Positions 52,041 to 62,348 of a stretch of DNA of 64,000 nucleotides are shown here, piece after piece. Position 1 is the stretch's first letter. Each line of letters begins with the position of its first letter. The DNA is from an uncultured cyanobacterium. GTDB taxonomy: Bacteria > Cyanobacteriota > Cyanobacteriia > PCC-9006 > JAAUQQ01. Under the pieces are notes generated by a model. That model searched no databases, was not told where the DNA came from, and saw nothing but the letters and a program-made list of their open reading frames with translations. The stretch spans positions 3,136,001 through 3,200,000 of the forward strand of contig OY970368.1 in NCBI GenBank assembly GCA_963718615.1. Reading direction: 5' to 3'. The translations under genes were made by a program, and so were the position numbers.

Positions 52041-52271
52041 ATGTATTCCACTCGCGATCGCATTCTTGAACAATTGCAGTTCCTACCAGAACCCCTTCTG
52101 GAGGATGTTTTGCGGTTTGTACAGTTATTGGTGAGTCGGTTCCGCCAGCCTGCTGGAACGTCGGGAAAACGGCTGTTGCGGTTTGCGGGTTGGATGCCTG
52201 AAGAGGCTTTGGATGAGATGAGTCGGGCGATCGAAGAGGGCTGTGGACGGGTGGATCTCGATGAATGGTAG
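52041..52271 (+). CDS. Putative VapB-type antitoxin (DUF2281-like)
   Basis: 76 aa: LPEPLLEDVLRFVQ. Overlaps the start of the PIN gene. Confidence 0.75.
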   Translation: MYSTRDRILEQLQFLPEPLLEDVLRFVQLLVSRFRQPAGTSGKRLLRFAGWMPEEALDEMSRAIEEGCGRVDLDEW

Positions 52272-52520
52272 ATATCTGCTAGATACCAATATTGTCATTG
52301 CCCTCTTTCGATCCGAGGCGGTAGTTGTTGAGCATTTAGGCTCAGCTAGTGAGGTATTTCTGTCGAGTACGGTGGTGGGTGAACTTTACTATGGGGCCTA
52401 CAAGTCGGGTCGTGTGGCAGCCAATGTTGAGCGATTGGAGGAATTTGTCAGGGAGATGGAGGTTCTCTGCCCGGATGCGGTTACTGCTAAGTTCTATGGT
52501 CAGATGAAGCAAGGGTTGAA

Positions 52521-54350
52521 CCCGGATTTCTCACCAGGGCGGATAGAGAGTATCAGGCTTGCCCGAAATGAGATGAGCAGTCTGTTGACTCGAGCAATAG
52601 AGGATGCCTGAGGCATCTTTCAGGCTGTCTATGCTGTAAAGGTAGTCATTGTGCTCTAGATATGGGGCTTCAGGCAGATTTTGAGCAGGTCAAAGCAAGG
52701 GTGTGTAATCTCACCCTTGGAGAGTCGTTGAATTAAAGTCGGAGCGAAAGGCTAGAGTTCTACTCATCGGTCTATCCTGGCCTAGGGAGTCGTCTGCGCA
52801 ACTGTTGTGCTGCCGCTTCAAAGAGGGTTTGTATGGGCGAAGCGAAAGTGAATGCGACGAGAATGCGCCTGACAGAGATGCGAACCTGTGCGCCAAGCTT
52901 GAGCAGCTTGCGTCGAATGGTGCCCAGAGTCGCATCAGCGAGTTCAGTTTTGGCGAGTGCCTTGAGGCGCAGGGCCTGCATCAAGACATAGGCGAAGGAT
53001 GAAAACCAGAGTCTGAGCTGATTGCTTTCAAAGTCATGGGTGGAGGTGCGGTCGCTGAAGAGGTCAAGCTGATGCTCCTTGATGCGATTTTCCATCTCTC
53101 CTCGCGGACAGTAATAATCGCGGTGAAGGTGAGCGGGATGGGCCTGCTGTGCTGTCAAAGAGGTGACAACGAAATGGCGACGTGGGCCATTGCCATCGTA
53201 GGTGAGCTTGCAAATGACGCGACGCTCACAGCTCCAGGATTTAAGCGTGGCATAGCTCAAGGACTGATGCCAAACCTGGGGCGGAACCAAGCGGTTGAGT
53301 TCAGCCTCTAGTTCACTTGCACTCTGCTCTAACAGAGGTTCTAAGGTGGCAGCAACCGTTTGGCGCTGGGCCTCATAAACGGCTTTGGCTCGCTGTTCTA
53401 ACCCCCAAGTCAATTGGCGCAAGCGCTCATTGCTGCTGTGGGCAAAAACAAAGTCCACCTGGGCTTCACCTTCACACCACAGCATGATGTCATCTCGGCT
53501 GTAAGCACTATCGCCGCGCACCAGAATCTTCACCTTCGGCCAATGACCTCGAATCTGAGCCACGATGCGTTGGAGTTCTTCTAACGCTCCCGCTGCGGGG
53601 TCCACATTGGCCGGTCGCAGTTTTGCACTCAACAAATGGCGACCACTGAAGATGAGCAACGGGGTGTAGCAGTCATGGCGGTAATACCCATTGAACGCTG
53701 AACCTTCCTGGGTGCCATGGGTGGGGTCATCGGTGACATCCATGTCCAGGATGATTTGTTTCGGTTCACCTTCGAGTTGTTCGATGAATAGCTCCACCAA
53801 GAGCGCCTCGATGGCAGCCGGGTCCAGGCTCAGTTTCACGTAGCGCGAATCTGACAAGTCGCGGGGGACATGCATCGCTTGCTCCAATCGGTTGAGGGTG
53901 CTCTTGCCCGCTAACGGTGCACAGCGCGGATGCTGGCTTTCTAACTGACCCAGAACTACCCCAAATAATCGCTCATGCCGAAGGTCGTCATGGTCATTCA
54001 CGTCCTCGTAGCCTTGCACCAATCCATAAAGCCGTTGCCCGAGCAGCGTTTTCAATTCATGTTGCACCCGGCTGCCATCGCGGTGATCCGTAAAGCACTC
54101 GGACAGCCGCTCACTGATTCGATATAGCTGGTCGATTTCTCGAATTAGCAGCAGCCCTCCATCACTGCTGAGCTCACCACCGCTAAAGTTCGCTACTATC
54201 TTGCGTTGATTCAGGCGTCCAAACTCGTAGCTTGGCAAGTTACACTCTGTTTGGGTCGGGGCCATCTTTGCAAACCGCTGAATGTCTTGTGGTTATTACA
54301 TTCTCGCTGGTTGGTGACCCCGATCCCTCGGCACTGGTGAGATATCCGGG
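52521..54350 (-). mobile_element. IS1380-family insertion sequence, 1830 bp
   Basis: TIRs CCCGGATTTCTCACCAG / CTGGTGAGATATCCGGG (16/17 match). 5-bp target duplication TTGAA at 52516-52520 and 54351-54355. Confidence 0.95.
52772..54265 (-). CDS. IS1380-family transposase
   Basis: FSGGELSSDGG, GYEDVND, LDMDVTDDPTHG.QEG, VRGDSAY, YCPRGEMENRIKE. Confidence 0.94.
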   Translation of the reverse strand: MAPTQTECNLPSYEFGRLNQRKIVANFSGGELSSDGGLLLIREIDQLYRISERLSECFTDHRDGSRVQHELKTLLGQRLYGLVQGYEDVNDHDDLRHERLFGVVLGQLESQHPRCAPLAGKSTLNRLEQAMHVPRDLSDSRYVKLSLDPAAIEALLVELFIEQLEGEPKQIILDMDVTDDPTHGTQEGSAFNGYYRHDCYTPLLIFSGRHLLSAKLRPANVDPAAGALEELQRIVAQIRGHWPKVKILVRGDSAYSRDDIMLWCEGEAQVDFVFAHSSNERLRQLTWGLEQRAKAVYEAQRQTVAATLEPLLEQSASELEAELNRLVPPQVWHQSLSYATLKSWSCERRVICKLTYDGNGPRRHFVVTSLTAQQAHPAHLHRDYYCPRGEMENRIKEHQLDLFSDRTSTHDFESNQLRLWFSSFAYVLMQALRLKALAKTELADATLGTIRRKLLKLGAQVRISVRRILVAFTFASPIQTLFEAAAQQLRRRLPRPG

Positions 54351-54457
54351 TTGAAGATGTTGGGCCGTCCGATTCCGGAAAATGATCTTTGGATTGGGGC
54401 GATCGCCCAGCAATACCAACTCGTACTGGTGTCACGAGATCAGCATTTTTCCCAAGT

Positions 54458-56455
54458 TCAAGGACTGTCTGTGGAGCTTTGGTAGTCCTCTCGCAATAAT
54501 GCTAGAAACTGCTCGTCTTGGCGCAGGCTGTCGAGGTCGCTGTCGGTTTGGGCGAGGGTGCGGTAGTGGTCGGGATTGAGCTGGATGGCTTGTTGCAGGT
54601 TTTTGAGGGCGGGGGTGGGTTGGTCGGTGAGGGCGTAGGCGCAGGCTTTGTTGTAGAAGGCAGAATCGTAATCGGGTTTCACTTCGAGGGCTTTGTCGAA
54701 GCTGGCGATCGCTTCCTCATAATGCTTTGAATTTATAAGTGCAAGGCCCATGTCGTGCCAAGAAAATCGGTAGTCGGGCTGAATCTCTACAGCTTTTTGG
54801 TAGCTGTCGATCGCCTCCTCATGCCGCCCCAAATTATGTAGTGAATCACCTCGATTATGCCAAGCATAGTGATAGTTCGATTTGACTTCGAGAGCTTTGT
54901 CGTAGCTGGCGAGCGCTTCCTCATACCGGCCTAGGTTTCCGAGTGAAACGCCCCGGTTGAACCAGGCTTCGTGATAGTCCGGTTTGATTTCGATGGCTTT
55001 GTCGTAGCTGGCGATCGCTTCCTCTTTTCGGCCTAAGTTACGGAGTGAAATGCCCCGGCTGTACCAGGCATAGTGATAGTCCGGTTTGACTTCGAGAGCT
55101 TTGTCATAGCTGGCGAGCGCTTCCTCATATCGGCCTAAATCATCGAGTGAATTGCCCCGGTTGTTCCAGGCTTCGTGATCGTCCGGTTTGATTTCGATGG
55201 CTTTGTCGTAGCTGGCGATCGCTTCCTCATATCGGCCTAAGTTAACGAGTGAATTGCCCCGGTTGTTCCAGGCTTCGTGATCGTCCGGTTTGATTTCGAT
55301 GGCTTTGTCGTAGCTGGCGATCGCTTCCTCATATCGGCCTAAATCATCGAGTGAATTGCCCCGGTTGTTCCAGGCTTCGTGCTTGTCCGGTTTGATTTCG
55401 ATGGCTTTGTCGTAGCTGGCGATCGCTTCCTCATATCGGCCTAATTTACCGAGTGAAATGCCCCGGTTGTTCCAGGCTTCGTGCTTGTCCGGTTTGATTT
55501 CGATGGCTTTGTCGTAGCTGGCGATCGCTTCCTCATATCGGCCTAATTTACGGAGTGAAATGCCCCGGTTGTTCCAGGCTTCGTGCTTGTCCGGTTTGAT
55601 TTCGATGGCTTTGTCAAAGCTGGCGAGCGCTTCCTCTTCTCGGCCTAAGTTATCGAGTGAAATGCCCCGGTTGTTCCAGGCTTTTTCATATTGAGAATCC
55701 AGATCAATCGCTTTTTCATAACTCATCAAAGCCATTAAGTCTTGTTCATCTGCACTAAACAAACGTCCTTGTTCCCGCAATAGTCTTGCTTTTTTCTGCG
55801 GAATTTCCCAGTTCTCCTCAATGAGGGATTGTAGCTCTCGGATTTGGTCTAATCTTTGTTTGTGACTCCACTCTCGATATTCGTTCCAATCCCCATCACA
55901 CATCTGCACCAGCCTTTGCTCCAGCAACTTCTGATCTGGCACAAACTCATACATCCCCGATCGCCAATCAAAAAAGTCCGCCGCCCGCCGCATCACATAT
56001 TTCAAACCAAACAGCGAAACAAAAAACACAAAACAAAACGGGAAATCATCCCGAAATCGCTCCCGCTGCAAATTCAAATGCCCCAAAATACGCGGCACCC
56101 GATCAAGCTTATAATAATCCCCTTGCCCCCCAAACCCCTCCCCCACATAGGGCACTAACGACCTCTCAATCCCCTCAATACAGAGCACCCGAATCTCATC
56201 CCGACTCGGCAACGCCGCCACCCGATCATACAAATTGCCATCGGGCAGCTCCTCCGCCAAAACCAACCGCTCCACCCGCTGCCCAGACAGATCTCGCCGC
56301 AACCGCTCCACCAGCTCCGGTCGCTCCCCCTCATCACAGCGCACAAAAAACAGCTCAAACCCCTCCGAACGGCGAATTCCACGCAACAGCGCCGCATAGC
56401 TGTCCTCAGCCCCGACCGAGACATCCTCATCCCAAACCGTCAGATCCTGAAGCAT
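54458..56455 (-). CDS. TPR-repeat protein with N-terminal degenerate P-loop-like alpha/beta domain
   Basis: About 12 TPRs (AWNNRG.SL..LGRYEEAIASYDKAIEIKPD) after a domain containing LFFVRC, VLCIEGIE, LNLQRERF, DFFDWRSG. Confidence 0.88.
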   Translation of the reverse strand: MLQDLTVWDEDVSVGAEDSYAALLRGIRRSEGFELFFVRCDEGERPELVERLRRDLSGQRVERLVLAEELPDGNLYDRVAALPSRDEIRVLCIEGIERSLVPYVGEGFGGQGDYYKLDRVPRILGHLNLQRERFRDDFPFCFVFFVSLFGLKYVMRRAADFFDWRSGMYEFVPDQKLLEQRLVQMCDGDWNEYREWSHKQRLDQIRELQSLIEENWEIPQKKARLLREQGRLFSADEQDLMALMSYEKAIDLDSQYEKAWNNRGISLDNLGREEEALASFDKAIEIKPDKHEAWNNRGISLRKLGRYEEAIASYDKAIEIKPDKHEAWNNRGISLGKLGRYEEAIASYDKAIEIKPDKHEAWNNRGNSLDDLGRYEEAIASYDKAIEIKPDDHEAWNNRGNSLVNLGRYEEAIASYDKAIEIKPDDHEAWNNRGNSLDDLGRYEEALASYDKALEVKPDYHYAWYSRGISLRNLGRKEEAIASYDKAIEIKPDYHEAWFNRGVSLGNLGRYEEALASYDKALEVKSNYHYAWHNRGDSLHNLGRHEEAIDSYQKAVEIQPDYRFSWHDMGLALINSKHYEEAIASFDKALEVKPDYDSAFYNKACAYALTDQPTPALKNLQQAIQLNPDHYRTLAQTDSDLDSLRQDEQFLALLREDYQSSTDSP
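54880..55690 (-). repeat. Eight near-identical 102-bp coding tandem repeats (TPR units)
   Basis: Anchor (T/C)GCCCCGG at 54949, 55051, 55153, 55255, 55357, 55459, 55561, 55663. Confidence 0.95.
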
Positions 56456-57803
56456 TCTCCTGTTCTCCTACGACCCGCCGGAACCCTTCCAACCCCCGAA
56501 TCAGGGGATGCACATCGTGCCACACCTTCACCTCGCCCTCTCCATTGAGATAGCGATATTCTAAAATACAGCGACGAAACAGCAGACTGCGAAACTGAGC
56601 GTTATTCTCCACAATCATCCGCTCCCGAGCCACCTCCGCCAAAAGGTCCCACTCCCCCTCATCGATCACCTTGCGATAGGTATCCCGCAATTCCGAAATC
56701 GCCCGTCGCACGGCTCGGTCAGGGATGGGTAATTTATCTGTATGTTGCAGTGCTGCCTTCATCAAATTCATCAAGTTACGGGCATGCCCCCCGCTCATCA
56801 AACAAAGTTGCTCTAGCCCCTCCGCTGTTTCAAATGCCTCCTCCAAGGAAAACTGAACACTCGCTGACCGAAACCGATTGCTCAAGATTTGCTTGAGTAG
56901 CTTCAGGCCCTGCTCGCAAGGGTCGCCCTCCGGTGTCTTGATCATAATCATCGGCAACACTTCTACAGGCTTATAGCGCTCCTCCATTGCCGTCAAGTGC
57001 TGAGAATAGGCCAATGAGATCGGAATTGTGTAGATCACATGACAGTTTAGCGCCACCAACTGCTCGCTGTGATTGACAAAAATCTGCTCATAATTACTCG
57101 GCTGATTCTCACCCTCATAACGCTCCACGATCCGATCCAGATTGTCCACAATCAGCACCAGATCCTCCGGGCTCCGTTCCCCCAGCGCCTGGGTAATCAG
57201 CTCATTCAAAATCTCGATTAACGAGTCGGCCCGATTCTCAATCACCTGGCGAATTTTCTGCTTTTGGCTCACATTCGTTTTGATCGTGGCCGAAATTTTG
57301 CCTAAAGGCAGGTCCGGCGACTCCAGGCTCATTTCCTCCAGAGACAACTCCATCAGACCCAACTCCCGCAGATCTCGAAACAGCCGATCCATCCAAGCCT
57401 TGAGCTTGCTGTTGTCCATTGGGCCGCCCTGGGGTCTCAGCTTCGTAATCAACTGTCGAGCGCAGGCCACCAAAATATCGCTGTACTGGGTATCCTCAGG
57501 TTCTAGATCTCCATCATCAACAGCGAAATACACCACCCGAAAATTTTTCTTTTGCAAGGAGTCTTGCAACCGCAGCAATTCCGTTGATTTGCCCGCTCCC
57601 CGATGCCCAGCATAGAGCTGACAAGTGACCTCTGGACAACGCTCAATTTCCAGACCCAACCGTAGTACATCCTCATCGCCGCGCACCGATGCGCAATCTA
57701 CCCAAGCCGGATCCCCTGCCTGCAAGGGACGAAAGGGATCAAACGCCTTGTATAGCTTGCGCCAAAAGGCGCGGTCATTCGGAAACTCAGTCATCCTGGT
57801 CAT
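56427..57803 (-). CDS. P-loop ATPase (AAA/STAND-like) coupled to the TPR gene
   Basis: Walker A GHRGAGKST, Walker B LVLIVDNLDR, SGGHAR, C-terminal VHPLI. Overlaps the TPR start by 29 bp. Confidence 0.85.
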   Translation of the reverse strand: MTRMTEFPNDRAFWRKLYKAFDPFRPLQAGDPAWVDCASVRGDEDVLRLGLEIERCPEVTCQLYAGHRGAGKSTELLRLQDSLQKKNFRVVYFAVDDGDLEPEDTQYSDILVACARQLITKLRPQGGPMDNSKLKAWMDRLFRDLRELGLMELSLEEMSLESPDLPLGKISATIKTNVSQKQKIRQVIENRADSLIEILNELITQALGERSPEDLVLIVDNLDRIVERYEGENQPSNYEQIFVNHSEQLVALNCHVIYTIPISLAYSQHLTAMEERYKPVEVLPMIMIKTPEGDPCEQGLKLLKQILSNRFRSASVQFSLEEAFETAEGLEQLCLMSGGHARNLMNLMKAALQHTDKLPIPDRAVRRAISELRDTYRKVIDEGEWDLLAEVARERMIVENNAQFRSLLFRRCILEYRYLNGEGEVKVWHDVHPLIRGLEGFRRVVGEQENASGSDGLG

Positions 57804-57972
57804 CACCCAACCGGTTCAGTTCTTATCTTAAGACCTTAGCTCTCTAGTTCGTCGCTCCCTGTTGGATTACAGAGTGGGCTCGACCTGCCGCCCATCCGCC
57901 CCTAGAGCAGCTAAAGTTGGAACAACCCCTTTTTCGTTCACCTGTTTCTGTCCACCGCATCGGCCCCGACTC

Positions 57973-60900
57973 ATGGCTTTCTCGTCCATCGTCCGCACCC
58001 TCACCCAATCCCTCCTCACCCAAGAGCTTTCGCAAAAGCTCGACCACCAAGGCATCCTACGGCTCAGCGGCGCACCCACCTTGCCCCAGGGCTTCGTGAC
58101 CACTGCTTTGGCTCAGGTGCAGGGGCGATCGCTCGTGGTCATCACCCCCACCCAGGAAGAAGCCGGACGCTGGGCCGCCCAACTCGACGCCATGGGCTGG
58201 AAAACCGTTCACTTCTACCCCACCTCCGAATCCTCCCCCTACGAACCCTTCGACCCTGAATCCGAGATGGTTTGGGGGCAATTGCAGGTGCTCGCCGAAC
58301 TGGTGCGTAATCCTGGGCCCTTTGCCCTGGTGGCGACCGAGCGATCGCTCCAACCCCATCTCCCCCCCGTCGCCCTCCTCCAAGCACAGTTGCTCACCCT
58401 CCAACCGGGTATGGAACTCTCCCTCAAGGAATTGGCTGCAACCCTAACACGGTTAGGCTATGACCGAGTCACAACGGTAGAATCCGAAGGCCAGTGGAGC
58501 CAGCGGGGAGACATTGTCGATATTTTTCCCGTCTCCTCAGAGTTGCCCGTGCGACTGGAGCTCTTTGGCGATGAGCTAGAGCGTCTGCGGGAACTGGACC
58601 CCAGCACCCAGCGATCCCTGGATCCCCTAACCGAACTCTTGCTCACCCCCACCAGTTACAGCCCAATCATCCGCACCCAGTTGGAAGAACAACCGGAATT
58701 TGATCCTTCGGTTTATTTTTCCGAAGCGGACACCGAAAAGTTTATCGAAGGTCAGCCCGTGGAAGGCATGCGGCGGCTGATGGGGTTGGCGTTTGCGCCT
58801 GCGACCTTGCTGGACTATTTACCCGAACATACGCTGGTGGCCCTAGATGAGCCGGATCAATGTGCGGCCCATGGCGATCGCTGGGTCGAGCATGTCCAGG
58901 ACCACTGGCAGGAGCAAACCACCGCAGCGGCACCGTTACCGGCCATTCACCGAACCTTTGCAGCGTCGCTTCAGCAACTCCAATCCTTTAAGCGCATTGA
59001 ACTGAGTCAACTCCACGAAACCAGCAGTGAGACCAGCAAGAGTGAGACCGGCAAGGCTACACTTAATTTGGCCAGTCGGCCCGTGGCGGCGATTCCGCAC
59101 CAGTTTGGAAAATTGGCGGAAATTATTGGAGAGGAGCGCGATCGCGGTTTTACGGTCTGGTTAGTTTCGGCCCAGCCCTCGCGATCCGTTGCTCTGTTGC
59201 AGGAGCATGATTGTCCAGCCCAGTTTATCCCCAACCCTCGGGACTATCCGGCGATCGAAAAGCTCAATCGGGCCAAGGTTGCCGTTGGGCTCAAGTATTC
59301 GGGCTTAGCGGAGTTGCAAGGGTTTGTATTACCCACTTTTCGCACCGTTGTCATTACCGATCGCGAGTTCTTCGGTCAGCACAGCCTCGCTACCCCCAGC
59401 TACGTGCGCAAACGCCGTCGCGCCGTTTCCAAAACCGTTGACCCCAATAAGCTCCGCCCTGGTGATTTTGTCGTCCACCGCAACCACGGCATTGGCCGGT
59501 TTGAAAAGCTGGAAACCCTAACGGTCAATCGAGAAACACGGGAATACCTGGTCTTGCGCTACGAGGATGGTTTGTTGCGTGTGGCGGCGGATCAGGTCGG
59601 GGCGCTATCCCGGTTCCGAGGCACCAAGGGCGAAGCACCGACGCTCAATAAAATGACGGGCAAGGCTTGGGAAAAGACCAAGAGTAAAGTCCGTAAAACG
59701 ATTAAAAAAGTTGCAGTGGATTTGCTCCAGTTGTATGCCCAGCGGGCTAAGGACGAAGGCTATGCCTATCCCGAGGACAATCCCTGGCAGCAGGAGTTAG
59801 AAGATTCGTTCCCCTACCAACCCACACCGGATCAGCTCAAGGCCACCCAGGATGTCAAACAGGACATGGAAAGCCCGCGCCCCATGGACCGGCTGGTCTG
59901 CGGCGATGTCGGCTTTGGTAAAACCGAGGTGGCGATTCGGACGATTTTCAAGGCGGTGACCGCAGGCAAACAGGCAGCCCTACTTGCGCCCACAACTATC
60001 CTTACTCAACAGCATTATCACACCCTGAAAGAACGGTTTTCTCCCTACCCAGTCCAAGTCGGTTTGCTCAACCGCTTCCGCTCCGCCAACGAGCGCAAGG
60101 AGATTTTGCAGCGGCTCAAAACCGGCGAGTTAGATATCGTCGTCGGCACTCATCAGTTGCTGGGCAAAGGGGTGGATTTTCGGGAATTGGGGTTGCTGGT
60201 GGTGGACGAAGAGCAGCGCTTTGGCGTCAATCAAAAGGAAAAAATCAAAGCCCTAAAAACCCAAGTGGACGTGCTAACACTCAGCGCCACGCCGATTCCC
60301 CGCACGCTCTATATGGCCCTTTCCGGTGTGCGGGAAATGAGTTTGATTACGACACCACCGCCCTCTCGCCGCCCGATTAAAACCCATTTGGCTCCCTTTG
60401 ATTTGGAGATGGTGCGATCGGCCATTTGCCAGGAACTCGATCGGGGGGGGCAGATTTTCTACGTCGTGCCCCGCGTCGAAGGCATCGAAGAAATTGCAGC
60501 CCAGGTGCGGGAGATGATTCCGAGTATTCGGATTGCGATCGCCCACGGTCAAATGCAAGAAGGCGAACTAGAAGCCACGATGCTGACCTTTAGCAATGGC
60601 GATGCGGATCTGATGGTCTGCACAACCATTGTCGAATCGGGGCTCGATATTCCCCGTGTGAATACGATTCTGATTCGCGACGCTCACAAGTTTGGCCTCT
60701 CCCAGTTGTATCAGCTTCGGGGCCGCGTCGGTCGTGCCGGAATCCAAGCCCATGCTTGGCTGTTCTATCCCAACAAGTCCTCCCTCTCGGAAAAGGCACG
60801 GCAGCGATTGCGAGCCATTCAGGAGTTTACTCAACTGGGTTCGGGCTATCAGTTGGCCATGCGAGACATGGAAATTCGGGGCGTGGGCAACTTGCTCGGT

Positions 60901-61530
60901 GTGGAGCAGTCCGGGCAGATGGAGGCCATCGGCTTTGACCTCTACATGGAAATGCTTCAGGAGGCGCTGCAAGAAATTCGGGGCCAGGAAATTCCCCAGG
61001 TGGACGATACCCAGGTGGATCTGAGCTTGACGGCGTTTATTCCGGCGGATTACATTCCCGATTTGGATGAAAAGATGAGTGCCTACCGGGCGGTTGCGGC
61101 AGCAACGGACAAGAAAGATTTGGTGGAAATTGCGGCGGATTGGAGCGATCGCTATGGCCCCATTCCCACCGCATCCCAACAGCTTTTGCGGGTCATGGAA
61201 CTGAAGCAACTGGCCAAGAAAATTGGCTTCTCCCGCATCAAACCCGAGGGGCAACAAAATGTGATTTTGGAAACCCCCATGGAGGAACCCGCCTGGAAGT
61301 TGCTTAAGGAGAATTTGCCCAAACATTTGCACTCACGCTTTATGTATAGTGGCAATAAGGTTGTCGTGCGAGGGCTCGGCATGATGGCCGTGGGGCAGCA
61401 ACTTGATAATCTGATCGATTGGCTCGGAAAAATGCAGGGGGCATTGCCGGGAGCCGTAGCAGACTCAACTGAAACCGGAGCATCGTTAACAGCAGCGACA
61501 ATTCAATCAATCTCCTCGGAGGAAAAGTAA
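57973..61530 (+). CDS. mfd: Transcription-repair coupling factor
   Basis: UvrB-like N-terminus, [50 protein letters not shown]. Likely start is ATG 57973. Confidence 0.98.
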   Translation: MAFSSIVRTLTQSLLTQELSQKLDHQGILRLSGAPTLPQGFVTTALAQVQGRSLVVITPTQEEAGRWAAQLDAMGWKTVHFYPTSESSPYEPFDPESEMVWGQLQVLAELVRNPGPFALVATERSLQPHLPPVALLQAQLLTLQPGMELSLKELAATLTRLGYDRVTTVESEGQWSQRGDIVDIFPVSSELPVRLELFGDELERLRELDPSTQRSLDPLTELLLTPTSYSPIIRTQLEEQPEFDPSVYFSEADTEKFIEGQPVEGMRRLMGLAFAPATLLDYLPEHTLVALDEPDQCAAHGDRWVEHVQDHWQEQTTAAAPLPAIHRTFAASLQQLQSFKRIELSQLHETSSETSKSETGKATLNLASRPVAAIPHQFGKLAEIIGEERDRGFTVWLVSAQPSRSVALLQEHDCPAQFIPNPRDYPAIEKLNRAKVAVGLKYSGLAELQGFVLPTFRTVVITDREFFGQHSLATPSYVRKRRRAVSKTVDPNKLRPGDFVVHRNHGIGRFEKLETLTVNRETREYLVLRYEDGLLRVAADQVGALSRFRGTKGEAPTLNKMTGKAWEKTKSKVRKTIKKVAVDLLQLYAQRAKDEGYAYPEDNPWQQELEDSFPYQPTPDQLKATQDVKQDMESPRPMDRLVCGDVGFGKTEVAIRTIFKAVTAGKQAALLAPTTILTQQHYHTLKERFSPYPVQVGLLNRFRSANERKEILQRLKTGELDIVVGTHQLLGKGVDFRELGLLVVDEEQRFGVNQKEKIKALKTQVDVLTLSATPIPRTLYMALSGVREMSLITTPPPSRRPIKTHLAPFDLEMVRSAICQELDRGGQIFYVVPRVEGIEEIAAQVREMIPSIRIAIAHGQMQEGELEATMLTFSNGDADLMVCTTIVESGLDIPRVNTILIRDAHKFGLSQLYQLRGRVGRAGIQAHAWLFYPNKSSLSEKARQRLRAIQEFTQLGSGYQLAMRDMEIRGVGNLLGVEQSGQMEAIGFDLYMEMLQEALQEIRGQEIPQVDDTQVDLSLTAFIPADYIPDLDEKMSAYRAVAAATDKKDLVEIAADWSDRYGPIPTASQQLLRVMELKQLAKKIGFSRIKPEGQQNVILETPMEEPAWKLLKENLPKHLHSRFMYSGNKVVVRGLGMMAVGQQLDNLIDWLGKMQGALPGAVADSTETGASLTAATIQSISSEEK

Positions 61531-62315
61531 TGGCTTCGCCGTTTCCAGGGATGGATCCCTATCTTGAAAATCCGGCAACTTGGCCCAATGTGCACAGTCG
61601 TTTAATTGTGGCGATCGCCAACTTTCTCGGCCCTCAACTGCGGCCCACCTACCGTGTTGTTGTAGAAGAAGCCGTTTATAAAAACGATGCTCCCAACGGG
61701 ACGGTTTTGATTGGTGTTCCAGATGTCTCAATACGCCAAACGGCTTCTACAATTCAGGGAAATCATAGCAATCTTGCCGTTGCAGAACCCCTACCAGTGA
61801 CGGTTACGCTGCCGATGCCTGCAACGATTCGCCATCGTTATCTGGAAATTAGAAGTATCCAAACCAGTGAAGTCATTACAGTGATTGAAATTCTTTCTCC
61901 TGTGAATAAACGGCATGGAAGTGGTCGCCAAAAATATGAAAACAAACGCCTTGAAATCCTAGAAAGTGCTACCCATCTTGTTGAGATTGATCTCTTGCAT
62001 CAGTACAATCCCATGCCGATTGCCCAGGGCGATTGCCCCAGCCACTATCGCATTCTTGTTAGCCCTAGCCAGACTCGACCCAACGCTTGTCTCTATCCTT
62101 TTAATTTACAAAATTCGTTACCGATCTTTCTCTTACCGTTGCGTTCTGAGGAGTCACAAATAGCAGTCAATCTACAAAGTCTTTTGAGCGAAACCTATGA
62201 TCTATCAGGGTATGATTTAGAGATCAATTATCAACAAGATCCAGAACCTACCTGGCCACAGGAAGAACTCCGGTGGATAGATCAATATCTGAAAACACAA
62301 GAACTTCGTCACTAA
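61530..62315 (+). CDS. DUF4058 family protein (PD-(D/E)xK-like)
   Basis: [38 protein letters not shown] overlap with the mfd stop. Confidence 0.88.
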   Translation: MASPFPGMDPYLENPATWPNVHSRLIVAIANFLGPQLRPTYRVVVEEAVYKNDAPNGTVLIGVPDVSIRQTASTIQGNHSNLAVAEPLPVTVTLPMPATIRHRYLEIRSIQTSEVITVIEILSPVNKRHGSGRQKYENKRLEILESATHLVEIDLLHQYNPMPIAQGDCPSHYRILVSPSQTRPNACLYPFNLQNSLPIFLLPLRSEESQIAVNLQSLLSETYDLSGYDLEINYQQDPEPTWPQEELRWIDQYLKTQELRH

Positions 62316-62348
62316 AATAATTGACTCAAACGAGCAATTGCATCGATC

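Larger units (their letters stand above)
52261..54485 (+). pseudogene. vapC: VapC PIN-domain toxin interrupted by IS1380
   Basis: Joining 52261-52520 to 54356-54485 gives an intact 129-aa PIN protein: YLLDTNIVI...GELYYGA...QGLK|MLGRPIPENDLWIGAIA...LVSRDQHF...W*. Confidence 0.93.

Noticed and set aside
52243-52611. Complete 122-aa PIN toxin as given in the ORF track
   Set aside because: The last ~30 residues come from read-through into the IS end; the true C-terminus is at 54356-54485.
54880-55690. Diversity-generating retroelement target or CRISPR array
   Set aside because: Some variable codons fit AAY-to-NNY changes, but others alter third positions (AAC/AAA/GAT, GGA). No reverse transcriptase or template repeat is in the window, and there are no spacers.
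60568-61332. 254-aa minus-strand ORF
   Set aside because: Antisense shadow of mfd.
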